From Candidatus Micrarchaeota archaeon (GTDB lineage Archaea > Micrarchaeota > Micrarchaeia > Anstonellales > Bilamarchaeaceae), in assembly GCA_018304385.1 (NCBI GenBank), contig JAGVWJ010000032.1:725-21127 (forward strand): a stretch of DNA of 20,403 nucleotides, written 5' to 3'. A program made the position numbers and the translations under genes. The first letter of the stretch is position 1. The number at the start of each line of letters is the position of its first letter. The notes under the pieces were generated by a model. It worked only from the letters and a program-made list of their open reading frames with translations. It was not told the origin of the DNA and searched no databases. Below, piece by piece: positions 15,380 to 20,403 of the stretch.

Positions 15380-15886
15380 ATGAAATTTTATCGATATGCG
15401 CTCTATCTAGTTATAGCTGTAACATTAGTTGGTGGATTAGGACTAGTTACAACAAATAATGATTGTGATCCAATGAATGATGAAGGGAAAAAAATGCTTT
15501 GTTACCATGAAGCAGCAATAACGCAAGCAATTGTTTGCCGCAATGACCCTGGCTGCGCAAATGCTGCTGCAAGCATATGTGAACAAATTCCAAGTCTCCT
15601 AGGGCCAAATAAACAAAATATAGCTGAATCTCAGATGAACTACTGCTTGACAGATGTTGCGAAGCATACAAAAAACGAGGGCGTATGCGATAGAATAAGC
15701 CAGGACAGCTCTGCATTAGATTTTCTTAAAGGTGCAGATACTTCAAAAGAGGTATGTAAAACAGCCGTTGCACGATTAAGAAGAACTGACCCAGATAGAT
15801 ATTTAGATAATGCAACTGAAAACTTGTGCGCGCTTTCTTTTATATTTCCGCTAGTATTGTGTTTAGCGTTTATAAGAAGAAAATGA
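15380..15886 (+). CDS. Secreted Cys-rich protein with C-terminal Cys-TM-basic sorting-like tail
   Basis: N-terminal signal/TM; Cys-spaced helical repeats; ends NLCALSFIFPLVLCLAFIRRK. Confidence 0.75.
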   Translation: MKFYRYALYLVIAVTLVGGLGLVTTNNDCDPMNDEGKKMLCYHEAAITQAIVCRNDPGCANAAASICEQIPSLLGPNKQNIAESQMNYCLTDVAKHTKNEGVCDRISQDSSALDFLKGADTSKEVCKTAVARLRRTDPDRYLDNATENLCALSFIFPLVLCLAFIRRK

Positions 15887-15888
15887 TC

Positions 15889-15948
15889 ATTTGCTCATCA
15901 CAAAAAAGATGAGCAAATATCTGAATTTGTTTTTTTGCCACAAATTCA
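15889..15948. terminator. Tandem hairpins between convergent genes (possible bidirectional terminator or stabiliser)
   Basis: ATTTGCTCATC-acaaaaaa-GATGAGCAAAT (11 bp) and TGAATTTGT-ttttttgcc-ACAAATTCA (9 bp). Confidence 0.5.
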
Positions 15949-15950
15949 AA

Positions 15951-16247
15951 TTATTTCTTAAGATCTGTATCCATTATTTCTAATGCTTTTTTAACGCTCA
16001 TTCCTTCACGAATACCAATATCCTCGGCCCAAGTAGTAATAGAACGAATCTTTGCCCTTAAAAAGTCATCCATATTTTTAACACCAGAAACAAAAGCAGC
16101 AACATCTCCAACCTTTTCAGCAGTTTCCTTATCTATATAACTACAGGCAACATAACCGCATCTTGCTTTTACAACAATTAATGGAAGGTTACCAAGACTC
16201 TGTTTATATGCGACATACTTTTTGCCATCGCATTGTACCTCTTCCAT
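15951..16247 (-). CDS. YunC/DUF1805-family protein
   Basis: LPLIVVKARCGYVACSY...AAFVSGVKNMDDFL...AEDIGIREGMSVKKALE fits the DUF1805 pattern; TAATG coupling to the upstream gene. Confidence 0.82.
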   Translation of the reverse strand: MEEVQCDGKKYVAYKQSLGNLPLIVVKARCGYVACSYIDKETAEKVGDVAAFVSGVKNMDDFLRAKIRSITTWAEDIGIREGMSVKKALEIMDTDLKK

Positions 16248-16489
16248 TAGAACACCCCGCGACGCATTTGCGCAAGCTTTTTCTTTTTCTCAAAAATCTT
16301 TCTGTGCTTCGCACAACTTATACAGTAATAGACATCGGTTTCAGTAAATAAAGAAACATTATCACCTGTTCTTAAATCTGTGGAAAAAAAGCTTCTCTTA
16401 TTAAAATCAACAGCCTTATCCCGAGGAACAGTTCTACCACACGAGACACAATTTTCTTGTCGTTCACGTCCGCGTCGCCTTTTTCCCAT
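16247..16489 (-). CDS. rps26e: Ribosomal protein eS26 (S26e)
   Basis: CVSCGRTVPRDKA...YYCISCAKH zinc-binding signature of eS26. Start moved to MGKRRRG, with a GGAG RBS upstream. Confidence 0.88.
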   Translation of the reverse strand: MGKRRRGRERQENCVSCGRTVPRDKAVDFNKRSFFSTDLRTGDNVSLFTETDVYYCISCAKHRKIFEKKKKLAQMRRGVF

Positions 16490-16526
16490 ATTTTCAATCT
16501 CCAATATCAGAATATATTGAAATTTT

Positions 16527-17240
16527 TCAAACTTTAAAATTTTTTAATTTACCAAGAGTGATTCCGTTTAATTGATAAACTAATGCTTGGTTTAATTTAA
16601 ATAGCTTATTGCTCAAAAGTGGCCCTAAGTGCTCTTCAGCGTTTAGTTTTAGTGTTTTTCCAACTAATGGATTGAAGGCCGGTATCAGAATAAGTTGGAT
16701 TTTTTTATTAAATTTATAAAATTTTTTTATTTTTGATTTTGCAGCTGGCAAAATTAACCAAGCTGACTTTGTGTAAAATTTTCCTGATCGATCTTTCAAT
16801 TCTATTTGTGGATGCTGATGCGCTGAAACTAAATATCTGCATTTCATCAACTCTGCTGCAGGCCAAGCATTACCATGAATGAGTGCAAGGCCTTCATAAA
16901 TAATACCTACACTTGGTTTAACATTTTCGCAGATAGTTTCTATTCTACCATCATGATTCCCACGTACAATAATAACGTCAATCTTTTTTTGCAGATTTTC
17001 AAGGATTTTTTTTGTTATGTTATCAACACTAGATATGCTTTCCTTAACATCACCTAATAGAATTAGCCTTTTTGCTTTTGTCTTTTTAATAAGGGAAAGA
17101 ATTTTTTCTAATATTTGTTCACTTATGTTAGAATAATGAATGCCTTGCTTGCGCAAGCGTTCTTCTATTCCAAAATGCGTGTCGCCAATTATCAATGCAC
17201 CCTTATGGAAAATTGCTGGCTGGTTGTAGAGAAAGCGCAT
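16527..17240 (-). CDS. Calcineurin-like metallophosphoesterase
   Basis: GDTHFG, LLGDVK, RGNHD, HGN, HQHP and PAFNPL motifs. Confidence 0.88.
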   Translation of the reverse strand: MRFLYNQPAIFHKGALIIGDTHFGIEERLRKQGIHYSNISEQILEKILSLIKKTKAKRLILLGDVKESISSVDNITKKILENLQKKIDVIIVRGNHDGRIETICENVKPSVGIIYEGLALIHGNAWPAAELMKCRYLVSAHQHPQIELKDRSGKFYTKSAWLILPAAKSKIKKFYKFNKKIQLILIPAFNPLVGKTLKLNAEEHLGPLLSNKLFKLNQALVYQLNGITLGKLKNFKV

Positions 17241-17281
17241 AAGGATATTTAATCTTATTTCTATAAATACATTTGGTATAT

Positions 17282-19180
17282 ATGGAACAATTGAACCAGA
17301 AACAACAGTTCTACTTCCGTCACGAGAAAATTCGCGAGCACCAGGATGAATTAATTAAAGATGTTTATAATACAGTAAGTGAAAAAAAGATACTATTAGC
17401 CCATGCAGTTACGGGATTAGGTAAAACAGATAGCGCAATTTCTGCCTCGCTAGCTCATGCACTTGACAATAATTTAACAATTTTTTTCCTCACACCAAAA
17501 ATTTCGCAGCATAAAATTGCAGTAGATGTTATTCGTGGTATATCAAAAAAATTTGATTTGAAAATTAGGGCAATGGATATGATTGGCAGACGCTACGCTT
17601 GTATAGACACCAGCCTAGCTGATCTAGACCATGAAGGGTTCTATCAGAGCTGTGAAAAGAAAAGAAAAAATGAAGAGTGTTTATTTTATGGAAACGCACG
17701 TGGTTATGACAAGCTGGGTGAGGCAAAGGCTAATACGCTTTTCAATAAAACATTGAATGAATATGGAAATGTAAAAACACATGAAGAACTAATTGAAATT
17801 GGCGAGCGCCAGTTTGCTTGCCCTTATGAATGGATGATAAAGATTGCTGCAACATCTAACATAATAATTGCTGATTATTTTCATATTATGGTTCCTAGAA
17901 TAAGAGATGTATTTCTTAAAAAGATAAATAAAAGGATAGAGGACTCCATAGTAATAATTGATGAGGCACATAACCTTGCAAAGCGCATCCGTGACCATCT
18001 ATCAAGCACACTAAATTCATTTATGCTCAAACGCGCTGAAAGAGAAATGAAGCTATTAGGCCTGGAAAATGTAAAATTTGATACTGCATTCACAAGATGG
18101 GCAAGCGCTATGCTTGAAAACAAGAGAGAAAGATTAGTTTCAAAAAATGATTTTGATGAATTCATGCTAAGATATGGGGTGGAAAAGGATCCCGTGACCT
18201 CCGGTCACGAGCTCTCGATGAAAAATCATCAAGATGAGCTTGTTGTTTATTTGGAAAATATAGGAATGGAATTTATAGAAAAAACAAATAAAAAGAGTGC
18301 TTGCTTGAAGATTGCGAAATTTTTGCAAAACTGGATGATTGACGAAATTGGGACAATAAGACTGCTGCGCAAAAGAGGAGAATATTTCTCAATCTCAAAA
18401 AAATTCCTTGATCCGTCACCTGCAACCGCAGTACTAAACAACACTTATTCATCCATACTAATGAGCGGAACACTTTTGCCACTTGAAATGCATCGAGACG
18501 TGCTAGGCTTAGATCAGAACAGAACGATAATGCGAAGATATAACTCTCCATTTGATAGAAATAATACAGTAAATGTAATTGCAGAAGGAACAACAACTCG
18601 CTACTCGAAAAGAAACTTTGATAATTATTCAATGATTGCAACTGGCATTGACTTGGTGATCCAAAATTCACCGAACGGTGTTGCAATTTTCTTCCCCTCT
18701 TATATTGTGCTTAATGCAGTAATACAATTAATGAAAACAAAAAACCTACTAACCCAAAGAGAAAGAATGAACCCACGGGAAGTTGGTGATTTATTGAGAA
18801 GATTTTCTAGAGACGAAGGTGTGCTTTGCGCAGTTCAAGGAGGCAGCCTTGCAGAAGGCATAGACTATGCAAACAACGATATTAAGACTGCAGTAATTGT
18901 TGGCATCGCATTAGAAGAAATGAATCTAGAGGTACAGGCATTAATAGATCATTATCAAAATAAATTTGGAAAAGGTTGGGAATATGGATATACTTATCCG
19001 GCTATAATAAAGGCATTACAGGCAGCTGGTCGCAGTATAAGAAAAGAAAGCGATAAGGCTGCTATAGTATTTATGGATGAAAGATTCACGTGGAGGAACT
19101 ACAAAACTGTTCTTGATGATGGAAGAAGATTTATAATTACTAATGAACCAGAAAAGTATGTAAAAGAATTCTGGCAATGA
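17282..19180 (+). CDS. xpd: Rad3/XPD (DinG-like) FeS-cluster SF2 DNA helicase
   Basis: TGLGKT Walker A, four Cys for an FeS cluster (YACID, SCEKK, ECLFY, ACPYE), DEAH, SGTL, EGID and QAAGRSIR. ATG at 17282 is preferred to the TTG at 17273. Confidence 0.92.
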   Translation: MEQLNQKQQFYFRHEKIREHQDELIKDVYNTVSEKKILLAHAVTGLGKTDSAISASLAHALDNNLTIFFLTPKISQHKIAVDVIRGISKKFDLKIRAMDMIGRRYACIDTSLADLDHEGFYQSCEKKRKNEECLFYGNARGYDKLGEAKANTLFNKTLNEYGNVKTHEELIEIGERQFACPYEWMIKIAATSNIIIADYFHIMVPRIRDVFLKKINKRIEDSIVIIDEAHNLAKRIRDHLSSTLNSFMLKRAEREMKLLGLENVKFDTAFTRWASAMLENKRERLVSKNDFDEFMLRYGVEKDPVTSGHELSMKNHQDELVVYLENIGMEFIEKTNKKSACLKIAKFLQNWMIDEIGTIRLLRKRGEYFSISKKFLDPSPATAVLNNTYSSILMSGTLLPLEMHRDVLGLDQNRTIMRRYNSPFDRNNTVNVIAEGTTTRYSKRNFDNYSMIATGIDLVIQNSPNGVAIFFPSYIVLNAVIQLMKTKNLLTQRERMNPREVGDLLRRFSRDEGVLCAVQGGSLAEGIDYANNDIKTAVIVGIALEEMNLEVQALIDHYQNKFGKGWEYGYTYPAIIKALQAAGRSIRKESDKAAIVFMDERFTWRNYKTVLDDGRRFIITNEPEKYVKEFWQ

Positions 19181-19251
19181 GCAGTGGGCTATGGGCCTTG
19201 AGCCACGGAAGCGAAACGTAGGCTCATTGCTCAAGGCTGAATGCCCATGGC
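19174..19251. repeat. Composite inverted-repeat element containing copy 2 of the 25-bp dispersed repeat
   Basis: GCAATGAGC/GCTCATTGC, CCTTGAGC/GCTCAAGG, TGAGCC/GGCTCA and ATGGGC/GCCCAT arms; 19227-19251 is the reverse complement of 9029-9053 (24/25). Confidence 0.75.
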
Positions 19252-19261
19252 AGGCGTTATT

Positions 19262-20403
19262 ATGCTTTTTACAAAAAAATATGCACCGAAAAAACTTGCT
19301 GATATTCTTGGCAATGATGAACAAAGAGAAAAAATTAAGCAATGGATACTTAATTGGATGCACAATAAAAAGAAAAAAGCATTGCTTATTTACGGGCCAC
19401 CAGGAATTGGAAAAACAGCTATTGCATACGCATTACGCGATGAATTTGATCTTGAATTAATTGAAATGAATGCGAGTGATTTTCGAAATAGAGATAGTAT
19501 AGAACGCGTATTAGCAAGTGCATCTTCTGCTGGTTCTCTGTTTGAAAGAAAAAAAGTACTTCTTATTGATGATGTTGATGCATTGCAAAGTGTTGATCGC
19601 GGAGGCGCAGGTGCAATTGCTAAAATAATAAAGGAGAATTCTTGTCCAATAATAGCCACTGCGACAAATGCATGGGATAAAAAAATTGCTGCTGTACGTA
19701 CTGAATGCGAACTAATGGAGTTCAAAAAAGTAAGTAAAAGTTCGATAAAAACGCTTTTGGAGAATATTATTGAAAAAGAAAAAATGCACATTAACGATGA
19801 AATGCTTGACAGAATTGCTGAATCTGGAGGAGATGTTCGCGCAGCAATGAATGACTTACAAGGAAATATTTCTAACACTAGAGATAGAGAAAAGGATATT
19901 TTCGAGCGTGTGCGCATAATATTTAAATCAAAAAGTTATTTTGACGCAAAGCGTGCTTTTGATGGAGACATAGATTATAATTTATTAAAGTTATGGGTGG
20001 ATGAAAATATTCCTAATGAATACGAAAAAGAATATGACGTAGCAAATGCGTATAACTCACTTTCACGCGCTGATGTGTTTGAAGGAAGAATAAGGAATTC
20101 ATACTGGATATATTTGAAATATTGTATAGACTTGATAACTGGTGGTATTGCATTAGCTAAAAAAGAGACATATCATAAATTTACAAGATATCAGTTTCCA
20201 AAATATCTCAGAGAGATGAGCAGAACTGTTGCAGTAAGAGCAATGCTTAAGAGCATCGGAAAAAAGATTGGTGCAAAGGTTCATGTAAACAGAAAAACAG
20301 CTTTGGATTATTTACCATTGATAAAGGAACTTGGCAAGAAAAACCAGGAAGAACTTATTTTAATTTATGGTTTTGAGGAGGAAGAAATCGCATTTATAAT
20401 GGA
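19262..20403 (+). CDS. rfcL: Replication factor C large subunit, 3' end beyond the window
   Basis: Manual translation MLFTKKYAPKKLADILGN...ALLIYGPPGIGKT...IEMNASDFR...LLIDDVD...WVDENIP. The frame is still open at the window end, so it is absent from the ORF track. Confidence 0.93.
   Translation, partial: MLFTKKYAPKKLADILGNDEQREKIKQWILNWMHNKKKKALLIYGPPGIGKTAIAYALRDEFDLELIEMNASDFRNRDSIERVLASASSAGSLFERKKVLLIDDVDALQSVDRGGAGAIAKIIKENSCPIIATATNAWDKKIAAVRTECELMEFKKVSKSSIKTLLENIIEKEKMHINDEMLDRIAESGGDVRAAMNDLQGNISNTRDREKDIFERVRIIFKSKSYFDAKRAFDGDIDYNLLKLWVDENIPNEYEKEYDVANAYNSLSRADVFEGRIRNSYWIYLKYCIDLITGGIALAKKETYHKFTRYQFPKYLREMSRTVAVRAMLKSIGKKIGAKVHVNRKTALDYLPLIKELGKKNQEELILIYGFEEEEIAFIM

Noticed and set aside
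19390-19917. 175-aa minus-strand ORF and the other short ORFs overlapping 19016-19460
   Set aside because: Shadows of the xpd end and of rfcL, which the track missed because it has no stop in the window.

Overview
AT-rich archaeal window. Gene content (rpl21e-rpoF-DUF655 cluster, TBP, eS26, Pop5, XPD-like helicase, RFC-L), a tRNA with non-canonical introns and Cys-rich lipoproteins point to a DPANN lineage, plausibly Micrarchaeota (inference). Bases ~180-10420 form a cell-surface locus: five genes with a Sec-type lipobox (L/I-A/V-G-C), one of them a 58-aa ORF missing from the ORF track, an S-layer-like protein, Cys-rich repeat proteins and a PrsW-type membrane protease, interleaved with pop5 and cutA. 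Next come an AbrB/PIN toxin-antitoxin pair and a housekeeping block. Two partial genes at the edges are also absent from the ORF track (purE, RFC large subunit). The most unusual signals are non-coding. (1) An array of six perfect hairpins (14556-14731) between rpl21e and tbp: every stem is bounded by ATT...AAT, five are exactly 9 bp, inner sequences differ, and most are joined by shared GCGC linkers. (2) A tRNA-Val(TAC) with two non-canonical introns. (3) A Y-shaped element between rpoF and DUF655. (4) A dispersed 25-bp REP-like repeat. (5) A tbp gene whose two halves share 71 identical nucleotides. All structures were read by hand; no folding program or database search was run.
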